A stretch of 64,000 bases of DNA from an uncultured virus (IMG/VR IMGVR_UViG_3300009431_000005) (lineage: Duplodnaviria > Heunggongvirae > Uroviricota > Caudoviricetes). The notes beneath the pieces were generated by a model. That model was not told the origin of the DNA. It worked only from the letters and a program-made list of their open reading frames with translations, and searched no databases. Position numbers and translations under genes: made by a program. Location of the stretch: IMG/VR virus record IMGVR_UViG_3300009431_000005. One strand, given 5' to 3'. Each line of letters starts with the position of its first letter. The stretch's first letter is position 1. Of this stretch, positions 1 through 9,600 are shown one piece after another.

Positions 1-287
1 CCCCCCACGAGCACGCGGCCGTGCATGTCGGGGATGTGCCGATCGAGCTGCGCCTGCTCACAGGGCAGGTCGGTCATCCACACCCCACCCTCGTACACGA
101 GGCTGTGCCAGACCGTCTCCTCCTGGAAGATGAGCCGCTTCGACTCCTGCCCGCCGATGAACGCGCAGCGAGCGTTCGCCGTAGTCAGTTCGGTTCCGGG
201 CGGCTTGACGGTGTGCTTGATTGCATAGGTGCCGACCTCCCCCTCCGGGATCGACACGACCGGGTTCCATACCTTGTCTTCGTTCAT
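1..287 (-). CDS. Class I SAM-dependent methyltransferase / spermidine-synthase-like protein (truncated by window edge)
   Basis: Manual translation from ATG at 287 (ATGA overlap with upstream gene): MNEDKVWNPVVSIPEGEVG...GVWMTDLPCEQAQLDRHIPDMHGRVLVGG, running off the edge at the start of a glycine-rich SAM-binding motif I. Not in the ORF track. Confidence 0.55.
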   Translation of the reverse strand, partial: MNEDKVWNPVVSIPEGEVGTYAIKHTVKPPGTELTTANARCAFIGGQESKRLIFQEETVWHSLVYEGGVWMTDLPCEQAQLDRHIPDMHGRVLVG

Positions 288-484
288 CGCTTCCTCTTGT
301 CCTCCAAGCGGACCGGGAGCCCGGCCGCCTTGCGGCAGACCGGGCAGTCGATCCAGATGTAGTTGATCCACGGTTGGCGAAACGCCTCCCCGCAGGTGAT
401 GCACCGACACATCGGCAGCACTCGATCACTCCCCTTCTTCGGCTTCGGCGGAGTCCGCCTCGCCAGCTTCTTCTTCTTCGCCAT
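284..484 (-). CDS. Small basic zinc-ribbon protein
   Basis: MAKKKKLARR...CITC...CPVC; GGAG-type RBS upstream; stop overlaps next ATG. Confidence 0.5.
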   Translation of the reverse strand: MAKKKKLARRTPPKPKKGSDRVLPMCRCITCGEAFRQPWINYIWIDCPVCRKAAGLPVRLEDKRKR

Positions 485-1145
485 CGACGGCGTCTCCTTG
501 GATTGCCGCCACGGCGGCTTCCTTTGCGGACAGCACCGCGCTCCGGGCACGCTGCACCTGATCGTGCGCGTCGAGGCGCGTGGTGCGAGCTTCCTCCAGG
601 GCGCGCTCTGCTTCGCTCTCAGCCTCGTGCGCGAGCCTCTCGAACTCCAGAGCCTCGGTCAGCGAGCCGCGCGCTGTGACGAGCACACGGTGCGCTTCGA
701 GGACCACGTCCTCGGGCTCGGGCTCCTCGTCCAGCGGCGGGCAGGCGGAGTCGCAGTCGCACGGGCCGTAGCCGTGCAAGAGCGTGCGACGGGGCGGCTC
801 CTCCGCGACAGGACCGCCGTGACGGTCCGGGTCCTCGGGCACCACTTCCGCCTCGACGCGGACACTCGCGCCCGCGACACGCCCGAGCTTCTTCTTCTTC
901 GGGTGCCCGCGCGCCGGGAGGTCCTCGCTCTCGTCCACGCCGGGAGCCTCGGCCTCGCCCTTCTGCCAGCGACGGAGCTGGCCTATCGAGACCCACTGCG
1001 ACGATTTGCCGAAGCGGACCTGGGCCTTCTTCTTCCGCACCTGCACGAGCGTTCCCCGTAGGCCGTGCGGCGATGAGGTCACACGCATGACCCTCACCGG
1101 ATTCCCGATGAGGGCCTGCGCTTGCTCAAGCGACAGCTCGGTCAT
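426..1145 (-). CDS. Hypothetical protein (SH3/KOW-like N-terminus, acidic coiled-coil C-terminus)
   Basis: Start reassigned to MTELSLEQ (ATGA overlap with upstream stop); GNPVRV...GTLVQVRKKKAQVRF beta-barrel-like segment. Confidence 0.6.
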   Translation of the reverse strand: MTELSLEQAQALIGNPVRVMRVTSSPHGLRGTLVQVRKKKAQVRFGKSSQWVSIGQLRRWQKGEAEAPGVDESEDLPARGHPKKKKLGRVAGASVRVEAEVVPEDPDRHGGPVAEEPPRRTLLHGYGPCDCDSACPPLDEEPEPEDVVLEAHRVLVTARGSLTEALEFERLAHEAESEAERALEEARTTRLDAHDQVQRARSAVLSAKEAAVAAIQGDAVDGEEEEAGEADSAEAEEGE

Positions 1146-1852
1146 TGGGCCGACTCCCCTTCCCAACGCACCTCGACAGCCTCGACCACCGTCTCGACCG
1201 TCCAAGGCTCTTTCCCCCGCCGCTCCTCCTCACGCTCCGCAGCGAGGATGCGGTCGTACTCCACGGCCAGGGTGTCCTCGACCTCCCAGGTCCAGAGAGC
1301 GACGAAGGCGAGGTCGTCGAGCAGACCCTGCGGCTTGAACGTCACCGGGTCGCCTTGGAGCGCCAGCTCGACGCGGTCCAAACGCTTCCGCGAGTCGGCG
1401 ACCACGTCCTGCAGGAACTCCCGACGATCCTCCCCCTCCAGGAGCATCGACATCTTGCGCGCCTCGCCCGAGGGCGGCGAGTCGGTGTAGTTGAAGCTCG
1501 TCTCGCGCAGCACCTGCAGCGGCACCGCGTCGACCTCGTTCCGGTCCTCGTCGAAGTAGCGCAGGCGACCGTCCTCGTCGACGCTGAACCACGCGGCGGG
1601 CTCCGCCGGGACGGACTGGAAGTACGTGTCACCGTTCGGCGAGCGGAGCAGCACTCGCTCGCCTTCGGCCGTGATGATGTGGAGCTGGAAGTCTCCGCGC
1701 GGCGACACCGGCACCGGGGCCTTGTCGTTCATGCGGAAGTGGGTCCGGTGCCAGTCGATCTCCGTCTGACGGTGGTGCTTGTAGATCGCACCCGCCGCGA
1801 GACCGAGGATGATGAGAGCGGACAGGACATGCCAAAATCGAATCTTGCGCAT
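1142..1852 (-). CDS. Hypothetical protein with N-terminal membrane anchor/signal
   Basis: Hydrophobic segment FWHVLSALIILGLAAGAIY; AAGGAG RBS upstream. Confidence 0.7.
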   Translation of the reverse strand: MRKIRFWHVLSALIILGLAAGAIYKHHRQTEIDWHRTHFRMNDKAPVPVSPRGDFQLHIITAEGERVLLRSPNGDTYFQSVPAEPAAWFSVDEDGRLRYFDEDRNEVDAVPLQVLRETSFNYTDSPPSGEARKMSMLLEGEDRREFLQDVVADSRKRLDRVELALQGDPVTFKPQGLLDDLAFVALWTWEVEDTLAVEYDRILAAEREEERRGKEPWTVETVVEAVEVRWEGESAQ

Positions 1853-1869
1853 CGGTGGTTCTCCTTGAA

Positions 1870-2655
1870 TCAGTACAACTCGTTCGGGTCGACGCCGAAG
1901 GCTTCACCGACGCGGCTCGCCGCTTCCCAGCGGGGCTCGGAGTCGGTCGCGCCCAGGGCGACGTATCGGTCCATGACAGTCGACAGGTAGTGCAGCGCGT
2001 TCCGCGCCGCGTGCAGACGCTTGAGCGCCGGGAAGCGATCAGCAAGGGAGGCAAAGCCCGCCTTGATTCCAGCGAGGCACGCCTCGTCCAGAGCCTTGTT
2101 CGCTTCCTCGCATCCGGGCTCGCTCGAATAGAGCTGCCAGGGGTTCTCGCTCAGCACGGCGTCCACGTCGGTCTCGGGCATCGGTTCTCCTTGGATTCGG
2201 TCCATCAGGTCGGACGCGGCGGCGAGGTCCTCGCTGCTCACGCCCTCGGTCTCTCTCCCCAAACAGTCGGCGCAGTACACTCCCGCAACGCGCACGCGCG
2301 TGTTGCAGACAGCGCACAGCTCCTCGAAGCCGGTGATCCCGACCTCCAGTGCCTCGAAGGGCACCATCACGTCCTCCCACTTCGTTCCTGGCGTGAGCCG
2401 GTTCGATCGGGGGTAGCAGCCCTCGACCAGCCCGTACTCGTGCAGGAAGCGCAGCGCGACGAAGGTCGCCGAGCTGGGCGTTTCGAGAGCCTCGACGATC
2501 TGCTCGCCGGTGAACGGCTCTCCGGTCTCCAGCACCCATCGCGCGACGGCTTCGAAGACCTCACGCGAGCAGCGGTGGACATACGGCTTGCCCTTGGCGG
2601 GCGTGCGCGCTTCGCAGAGCGCACCTCCCTCACGGCGGAACTCGTACTCGGTCAT
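1870..2655 (-). CDS. Hypothetical protein, possible winged-HTH plus CxxC zinc motif
   Basis: Start MTEYEFRR at ATGA overlap; FTGEQIVEALETPSSATFVALRFLHEYGLVE resembles a wHTH; CAVC...CADC. Confidence 0.6.
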   Translation of the reverse strand: MTEYEFRREGGALCEARTPAKGKPYVHRCSREVFEAVARWVLETGEPFTGEQIVEALETPSSATFVALRFLHEYGLVEGCYPRSNRLTPGTKWEDVMVPFEALEVGITGFEELCAVCNTRVRVAGVYCADCLGRETEGVSSEDLAAASDLMDRIQGEPMPETDVDAVLSENPWQLYSSEPGCEEANKALDEACLAGIKAGFASLADRFPALKRLHAARNALHYLSTVMDRYVALGATDSEPRWEAASRVGEAFGVDPNELY

Positions 2656-2990
2656 CCGGACACCTTCCCCCGCGCCCGCCTCAACTCGGTCGTCTTGCCG
2701 AAGAGAGACAGGCCAAGCCAGCGCAGGAAGCGAACCCAACGCGAGGGCGCACGCTTCCCCTTGATCTGCAGGTTGAGCTTGCCGAACTCGTCCTCGCCGG
2801 GACCGCGCACGTCGATGCGCAACGTAGCGCACTCGATCTCCCTGCCGTGCGCCTCCTCCAAGCGGCCCAGCATCCCCGCGAGCGATTGGTACAGCTCCTT
2901 GAACTCGGTGTCCTTGGGAAGAGTGGCGAGCACCGCCGCCTCTGTGCGAGCGGTGAAGATCCGCTCCTCGGGTTTGAGTCGAATAGCCAT
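2652..2990 (-). CDS. Hypothetical protein
   Basis: MAIRLKPEER..., TGATG coupling with upstream gene. Confidence 0.6.
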   Translation of the reverse strand: MAIRLKPEERIFTARTEAAVLATLPKDTEFKELYQSLAGMLGRLEEAHGREIECATLRIDVRGPGEDEFGKLNLQIKGKRAPSRWVRFLRWLGLSLFGKTTELRRARGKVSG

Positions 2991-3316
2991 CAGGCGCACC
3001 ACCTCTTGATTCGTTGCCAGATCGAGACCGGCTCGTCCTTGACGAGACGCATCCGCTGACGGTGCGCCTCCGCGTTCCGCTCCTCTTCCTCGCGGTTCTG
3101 CCTCTCGACGCGCAGGCGGAACCCTTCCGCCGTTCGCGCCTCCTCCCTCTTCCTCTGCTCCCACTTCTCCAGTAGCGGGCCGCACGTCCTCCGGAACTCC
3201 AGAGCGGCCTCGATGTCGCGGATCTGCTTCCGGATCCCGGAGAGGAGCGCATCGCGCATCACCTCCACCGGGACGCTGCTGAAGAGGTCCACCCAGTTCT
3301 CTTCCGTCTTCGCCAT
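2990..3316 (-). CDS. Hypothetical coiled-coil protein
   Basis: MAKTEENW..., E/R-rich; TGATG coupling on both sides. Confidence 0.6.
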   Translation of the reverse strand: MAKTEENWVDLFSSVPVEVMRDALLSGIRKQIRDIEAALEFRRTCGPLLEKWEQRKREEARTAEGFRLRVERQNREEEERNAEAHRQRMRLVKDEPVSIWQRIKRWCA

Positions 3317-3870
3317 CACTCAACCTCCGTCACCATTGGGTCCTTCGAGCCGACGAACAGGAGCGTGCGCCCCGGTTCCAACCGCAGACCGTACAGCCCG
3401 GTCCGCTCTTCGATTTCGCGCCACGCCTCGTCGAGACGCGCCTGCGTGAGACGCCCGCCGTCCAGGATGGTGCGAGCGATGGTCTCGCCGGGCAGGTGCA
3501 GTTCGAGCTGCGCCTTGTAGTAGCCGGACGAGCCCCGGCTGACCCAGCCGGTGTGCCCCTTGCGCCAGACCACGCGGATCGGGGAGTCCCCCGGGCGAGC
3601 GCGGTGGTACAGGAGCACGACGCCCTCGGTGCCATAGTCACAGCCGCCGTCGAGACGCGCGGCGGTGAGAGGCTCCAGGGTCCAGTGCGGCTTGCATCGC
3701 GCTCGTGCGCGAGCCCAGGCGCACACACGGTCGATGCGCGCGTGGAGCTTCCCCCACTCCGAATCCGGATCGGTGAGCTGGTGGTCTAGCTCTGAGCAGT
3801 CCGAGAGCATCGTGTCCACCGCCTGCAGGACCTCCCGCAGACGCTCCTCTGGTTTCAGGTACTTCCTCAT
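3316..3870 (-). CDS. Hypothetical protein
   Basis: Start reassigned to MRKYLKPEER (TGATG overlap, GGGAG RBS). Confidence 0.6.
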   Translation of the reverse strand: MRKYLKPEERLREVLQAVDTMLSDCSELDHQLTDPDSEWGKLHARIDRVCAWARARARCKPHWTLEPLTAARLDGGCDYGTEGVVLLYHRARPGDSPIRVVWRKGHTGWVSRGSSGYYKAQLELHLPGETIARTILDGGRLTQARLDEAWREIEERTGLYGLRLEPGRTLLFVGSKDPMVTEVE

Positions 3871-4274
3871 CAGGCTCCCTTGGGTTGCGGTTTCGCCCGG
3901 GGCACGCGCGTGATGACCACGCGGTAGCGACCGGGCTGGATCTTCACTCCGGCATTGCGGAGGCCCCAGCGGATGCGGTGGACGAGACCGTCCTGACCGC
4001 CCCCCTTCCCGACCGGGGCCTCCAGCTCGATGCGATAGGCTCCCCCATCGCGCGTGTTCCATCGGCGGAGCGCCTCCTCGGTGAGACGCACCGCCAGCTC
4101 CTCCATGTCCCTGCACCCGCGCGGCATCCGCTCCGGCATCCCCACCTCGACGCTGAGGCCGCAGCCCCCGCGCGAGGGAGCGCACTGCACACCCCAGCTC
4201 AGTGCGCTCATCACGCCGACGTACAGGTTCGGCATGCCCGCGCCGCAGCACGGGCAGGGCAGAGGCATCGTCAT
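3870..4274 (-). CDS. Lar-family restriction-alleviation-like protein
   Basis: LPCPCCG...VQC...GC...EEALRRWNTR matches the Lar pattern PCPxCG...CxxC...EAxxxWNxR; TGATG-coupled. Confidence 0.55.
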   Translation of the reverse strand: MTMPLPCPCCGAGMPNLYVGVMSALSWGVQCAPSRGGCGLSVEVGMPERMPRGCRDMEELAVRLTEEALRRWNTRDGGAYRIELEAPVGKGGGQDGLVHRIRWGLRNAGVKIQPGRYRVVITRVPRAKPQPKGA

Positions 4275-5071
4275 CAGGCCGACGCCTTGTTGCCCCAGGG
4301 CAGGTTGTAGTGACCGGCGCAGGTCGCGCCGTACCCGACCGCGAGCGAACTCGGGTGGGTCAACTCCTTGCGGCAGAAAACGCACCGGCCGCTCTTCTTG
4401 CCGTACTCGGCTGCGAGGCCCGCCGGGTCGTGGTTGAAGGCGAGCAGGAAGCGGAGCACCCACTCGGGGCTCTTCTTCGACGCGAGGAAGGTGCCGCCTT
4501 CGATGCGACCGAAGTACACCGAGTCACCATACGGCCCGCCGTCGGTGACCATGACCTGCCCGTGGTACTTCGACTTCGGACCGGCAACGTGTAGCTGCAG
4601 CGTGCCCTCGTCGAGAGAGAAGCGGATCTTCGGGTACTTCAGGTGCTCACCTGCGGCGGTGAGCATCGGCTCGATCGCGTGGAGGTTGGACGGCGCGCTG
4701 GCCTTGGCCTCCGCGACCGCCTCGTGCTTCGCCGCCTCCATCTCGCGGATGGTCGAGAGGACCTCGGCGGTGCGGTCGCGCAGACGCTGCTGCCAACCGG
4801 CGGTGCGGTACACCCGCTTGCTCTTGAGGCGCATCGGGACACACACGCGGATCGCATCGGCTCCGCAGTCGCGGGTCTCGCCGGTCGAGACCAGCACGCT
4901 GGTGAAGACGCGCAGCCGAAGACCCGGGCAGTCGGGGATCGGCCAGTCGAAGACGTGCTCCTTGGTATTGAGCAGGTCGTTGTCCGGCTGCTCGTTGACG
5001 TGGACCCAGCCCTGCTCTGAGCGCAGGACCTGCTGGACATCGCGGAGGGTGAAGGGTGTGTAGGTGCTCAT
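4274..5071 (-). CDS. DUF6011-like zinc-finger domain protein
   Basis: C-terminal YGKKSGRCVFCRKELTHPSSLAVGYGATCA motif; start MSTYTPF preceded by GAGGA. Confidence 0.65.
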   Translation of the reverse strand: MSTYTPFTLRDVQQVLRSEQGWVHVNEQPDNDLLNTKEHVFDWPIPDCPGLRLRVFTSVLVSTGETRDCGADAIRVCVPMRLKSKRVYRTAGWQQRLRDRTAEVLSTIREMEAAKHEAVAEAKASAPSNLHAIEPMLTAAGEHLKYPKIRFSLDEGTLQLHVAGPKSKYHGQVMVTDGGPYGDSVYFGRIEGGTFLASKKSPEWVLRFLLAFNHDPAGLAAEYGKKSGRCVFCRKELTHPSSLAVGYGATCAGHYNLPWGNKASA

Positions 5072-5134
5072 GGTCGGGTTCCTCTTGGGCGGCCCCATCG
5101 CCGCAGTCCCCTTTTCGGGAACGGCCTCCCCGAA

Positions 5135-5163
5135 CCTTACCTCCTATTGCGGGTTTTTGCAGG
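5135..5163 (-). promoter_or_regulatory. Putative sigma70-type promoter for the left small-gene cluster
   Basis: Minus strand CTGCAA-17 nt-TAAGGT in an AT-richer patch about 60 nt upstream of the 5071 start. Confidence 0.3.
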
Positions 5164-5589
5164 TTTCCCAGCCCGGCAAAGGGCCTCCGGCCGCGTGGAC
5201 CCCCCAGGGGGCCGAATCCTGGCCGGAGCGGGGGCTCCAGAGCCCCAGGATCGCCCCAGGCGGCGAGGGCGACCGACGGGGCCTCTCAGCCCAGCGGCCC
5301 GCACAGAGCCTCCCAGGCGGCCACGGCGATCGCCGGAACCCCTCCGGCAATTGCCGGAATCTGCGCACACCCGAGGGGGCTCGGTGACAGAGGGAGATGC
5401 GGGCGGGGACCTGGGATCAGGGTCCCCAGGGCAATCGCCGCAGCCCTCCTCGGCGGTAGCACCCCCGCCCGCACCCCTCGCGGTCCAATTGGCTCGCGGG
5501 ACGTGGCAATTGGCACGCTGGACGTGACCGGGGACGTGACGTGCCGCGTATCGCCTTCGTCGTCTCTAGGAGCTGCTCGATTCTGGGCA

Positions 5590-5612
5590 GCCGTTGGCAG
5601 CCTGCCACTGGC
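5590..5612. repeat. 23-bp near-palindromic intergenic element, copy 1
   Basis: GCCGTTGGCAGCCTGCCACTGGC, directly abutting the sulfotransferase stop codon. Confidence 0.85.
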
Positions 5613-6269
5613 TCAAAGGCCGTGCAACTCGCGGTGCTTTGCGAAGATCGCCCGCAGCCGTCGTGCCCGCCACTTCACACGGGCCACAGGGTCTACACGG
5701 TCGACCGGGTAGCCGTACTTCTCGCAGAAGTCCCCAAAGCGGTCGCCGACGGCCCGCCACGTCCGTCCGCTGTACAGGCGCGAGTACCGATACGCGACGC
5801 GGTCCCGTTTGGTGGTGCTCGTTACCGGCAGGGGAGATGCGTTCTTGTGGGGCAGCCGGGGGGGCTCGATCCCCAGGTGGTCGCGGCACAGCGTCTCGAA
5901 GTCCTCCGGGAGCAGCTCGAAGCGTCCGACGAAGTGAACCAGCTCCCGACCCTGCTTGTCCTGGAAGAACAGCGCCTGATTGATCGGGCTCACGCCGTGG
6001 AAGTCGGCGTCCCGACACGGCATCCCTGCGTCAACCCAGTCCTCGAACGCCCACGTCCGGAACAGCCCGGCCCAGAAGTACCACGACATCACATGGTCCC
6101 AGGGATTGCGGATGAACGTGAAGCGGACCGCGTCGTCCCAGTCGGGCTCGTTCCGCGCCCGGAGTAGCGCGGGTTTGTGGGGACCCTTGATGCTCAGCGC
6201 GTCACAGATGCTCGTGCCCGCCGTCTTGGGCACATGCACGAACTTGATCGGGCGGTCGTCGTCACCCAT
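5613..6269 (-). CDS. Sulfotransferase family 2 protein
   Basis: 5'-PSB motif FVHVPKTAGTS, 3'-PB motif FIRNPWDHVMSWY, FVGRFELLPEDF; true start MGDDDRP at TGATG overlap. Confidence 0.85.
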   Translation of the reverse strand: MGDDDRPIKFVHVPKTAGTSICDALSIKGPHKPALLRARNEPDWDDAVRFTFIRNPWDHVMSWYFWAGLFRTWAFEDWVDAGMPCRDADFHGVSPINQALFFQDKQGRELVHFVGRFELLPEDFETLCRDHLGIEPPRLPHKNASPLPVTSTTKRDRVAYRYSRLYSGRTWRAVGDRFGDFCEKYGYPVDRVDPVARVKWRARRLRAIFAKHRELHGL

Positions 6270-6622
6270 CAGGCGGGTGGATGCCCAGGTCGCTCGCGGA
6301 CCTCGACGATACCCGTGTCCGTGGTGATGATCTGCGAGTCGATCTGGATGGTCAGCGAGAAGGTGTACGTGCCCAGGGCGGCGGTGAAGTTCGTCGCCAG
6401 GATCGGCAGCATGACGATCCCGTTGGCCCAGTCGGCTCCGGGGAGTCCACTCCCGACAGTGATGAGGGGCTGGTGGGTCCCGTCCTCGTCCTCCCACTCG
6501 ATCTGGATCTGCGAGGCTCCTGAAACGTCGGCGGGTCCCTTCACGCCGAACCGCTTGACGTTGATGGGGTAGTACAGCTCGTTCCCCAAGTACGTCACGA
6601 TTCTGAGCTGGTCGTTCGTCAC
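6269..6622 (-). CDS. Small Ig-like/BppU-like tail-associated protein
   Basis: Beta-rich 117 aa, GTG start with TAGGAG RBS, GTYTFSLTI strand; follows the long fibre-like gene. Confidence 0.5.
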   Translation of the reverse strand: MTNDQLRIVTYLGNELYYPINVKRFGVKGPADVSGASQIQIEWEDEDGTHQPLITVGSGLPGADWANGIVMLPILATNFTAALGTYTFSLTIQIDSQIITTDTGIVEVRERPGHPPA

Positions 6623-6632
6623 GGTTCGACTC

Positions 6633-9600
6633 CTACGGGTGCATGAAGAGGGTCAGCGAAGGCGCTCCGGGCAGATACGTCTTGTGGGTCAGGCCGGGGG
6701 TCAGGTGCGTCGTGCGTTCGGCTTCGCCAGGAAGGAAGGTGATCGGCTCGTCTTCGGGGCCATTCAAGAAAACCGCGACGCCGCCGTCCACATACCAGAC
6801 GTAGATGACTTCGTGGAAGCGACCGATCGCGTCGTCCGCCGCAGCGAGAAGGTTCGCCACGACGATGCGCGTCCCCAGGATACTCGCCGTAGCGCCTCCT
6901 GCCACGAACCCAATCACAGCCTCCACCGCCTCCGACCCGGTGAGCGACGCTTGTGCGGGCTCGGAGACCAGGACGAGGTTCGCCTCGTGGATGAGGATCC
7001 CGTCCAGATCCGCAGAGGCGGGCTCGGCTTCGAGGTCGGCAGCGACGGTCCACGGGACCTCACCCTCCAGCGCAGCCTCGGCGTCTTCCGCTGCCGCGTC
7101 GAGGTCGGCCTCGACAATGCGCACGCCGTCCAAGTCGGCAGCGGCGGGCTCGGACACGAGGACCAGCGAGCCGTCCCACACCTTCTGGCTGTTGATGTCA
7201 GCCGCCGCGTCTTCCGCCTGCGTGTCCAGGTCGGCGTTGACGATGCGCGTCCCGTCGATGACCAGAGTCGGAGGCTCAGGCGCGAAGGCGAGGTCGGTCA
7301 CGCGGATGACGGACGCCTCGATCGCCGTCGTAGCGGGCTCGGCCTGCAGGTCGGCGGTGTCGATCGTGGCAACGCCCAGCTCGGCCTCGATCTCGCAGGA
7401 AGCGGGCGCGGCCTCCAAGCCGAGGTCAGCCTCGACGATTCGAACACCGTCGATGTCCGCCGTCGGGCTGGCGGCAGCCGCGTCCAGGTCCGCACCGATC
7501 GCAACGCCTGCGTCGATGTCAGCCGCAGCGGGCTCAGCCGCGAGGTCGAGGGCCGCCTCGACGATTCGGACACCGTCCAGATCGGCAACGGCAGCCGCAG
7601 CGCCCAGGTCGAGGTCCGCGTCGACTTCCTCCGACCCCTGAATGCTCGTCGACGCGGGCTCAGCCTGCAGGTCCAGATTCGCCTCGACGATGCGCAGAGC
7701 GTCGATGTCGAGGGTGAAGTCTGCGAGTTCGAGAGCCGCATCCGCCTCGACAATCCGAACGGCGTCGATGTCGGTAGCGGCGTCCCCCGCCTGTGCGTCG
7801 AGAGGGCCGACGAGCCCAACGTCCCCCGCAATCTCCGCCTCGGCCGCTTCCGCCTGCAGGTCCAGATTCGCCTCGACGATGCGCAGAGCGTCCAGCTCGG
7901 CAGCGGCAACCTCCGCGTCCAGGTCGGCGTCAGCCTCGACGATCCGAACAGCGTCGATGTCAGCCGCAGCGGGCGCTGCACTCGCGTCGAGCTGCCCTGT
8001 GGACTGGAAGAGGTCGGCGTCAATCGCCGTCTCGGCAGGCTCGGCCTCCAGAGCGAGCGAGGCTTCGACAATGCGCACCGCGTCGATGTCGGTCGCAGCG
8101 GGCTCTGCCTGAGCGTCGAGATCGCCCTCCGACTGGAAGAGGATCGCGTCGATGTCAGTCGCCGCGTCTTCGGCAGTCAGATCCAGGTTCGCCTCGACGA
8201 TCCGAAGGGCGTCGATGTCGGTCGTAGCCTCGGGGACCCCGAGCACGCCCAGGGTCACGGTCATCGTCTCGACGATGCGAACGCCGTCGATGTCAGCCGC
8301 AGCGGGCTCAGCCACCGCGTCGAGCGGACCGAGAGTCCCAGTGTCGCCCACAAAGTCGGCTTCCGCCGCCTCTGCCTGCAGGTCGAGATCAGCCTCGACG
8401 ATCCGCAGCGCATCGAGGTCGAAGACCACCGCGTCTGCGTCGAGGTCCGCATCCGCTTCGACAATGCGCAGCGCGTCGATGTCGGCCGTAGCGGCGGCAG
8501 CCTCAGCCGCGAGGTCGCCCGAGAGGGCCGTGACCTCCCCGTCGATTTCCGTCTCGGCGTCTTCCGCCTGCAGATCCAGGCTGGCCTCAACGATCCTCAG
8601 CGCGTCGATGTCGAGGGTCGGATTCTCGGCGAGCCAATCCATGTTGGCTTCGCGCGCCTCGGATCCGAGGATCTCCGTCTCGGCAGGCTCTGCTTGCAGA
8701 TCGAGGTCAGCCTCGACGATTCGAACACCGTCGATGTCGGCTGCGGCGGACTCCGACTCGAAGTAGACGTACGCCTTGCGAACGCGGGAGAGGTCGATCT
8801 CCGTCTCGGCAGGTCCCGCCTCCGCGTTGAGAGGACCCTTGTGGGCGATCTTCCCGCCACCGGCCGCGCTTGCGTACGGAGAGACGAAGGGGGCAGTCGC
8901 CTCGACGATGCGCGTCTGATCGCCATCGAGGACCGCAGCCCCAGCCTCCGCGTCCAGGTCGCCCTCAACCTGGAAGACCGTCGCGTCGATGTCGGTAGCC
9001 GCTGGGCCAGCTTCCAGATCGAGGTCGGCGCGGATGATCTTGTACGCCTGAATCGGCGTCAGCGGACCAACGGGCTCGGCCGTCCAGCCAACGCTCGTCG
9101 TCTCGACGATGCGCTCCGCGTCCGTCGGAGTGTCGAACTCGGCGGGCTCCGCTTCTGCGTCGAGGTCAGCCGTGATGATGCGCGTCTGGTCGAAGTCGCT
9201 CGATGCGTTCTCGGGAATCAGCGCGTACGGGATGCCCGGACCCGAGGGGTTCCAGCCGTTGTCCGAGAGATCCGGAGTCGCTGCGTACCCCGAACGGGTA
9301 ACGGCAGCCGAGGCGTCGCTGTACTCGTCGCACTCGACGTTGACGAGCGGGTCGGTGAGCCCGAGAGCTTGCAGCTCGCTGGCATGGCGACCGCGACCCG
9401 CGTTCCACAGCTCCCGGTGCTCGTCCGCGTCCAGCAATGCGGGGTAGTGGCGGAGCTTGCAGATCCAGCCCTTGAACCCGGCGGGCTGAGTGTACGACGC
9501 GCCAACGCGCATCGACTTGTCACACGAGGGTGCGCCGGTGTACTCGGAATCGGCGGACTCCACGTACGTGCCGAAAGTCGGTCCCTTGGAGAGCCGCCAA

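Noticed and set aside
2960..3870. Shared LKPEER near the N-termini of two small genes
   Set aside because: Only six residues with no further similarity; could be chance
6830..9200. Regularly spaced DNA repeats (gcctcgacgat.../gtcgatgtc) resembling a CRISPR array
   Set aside because: The repeats are degenerate, in frame and encode the protein repeat of the 1637-aa gene; no invariant repeat/unique spacer structure and no cas genes
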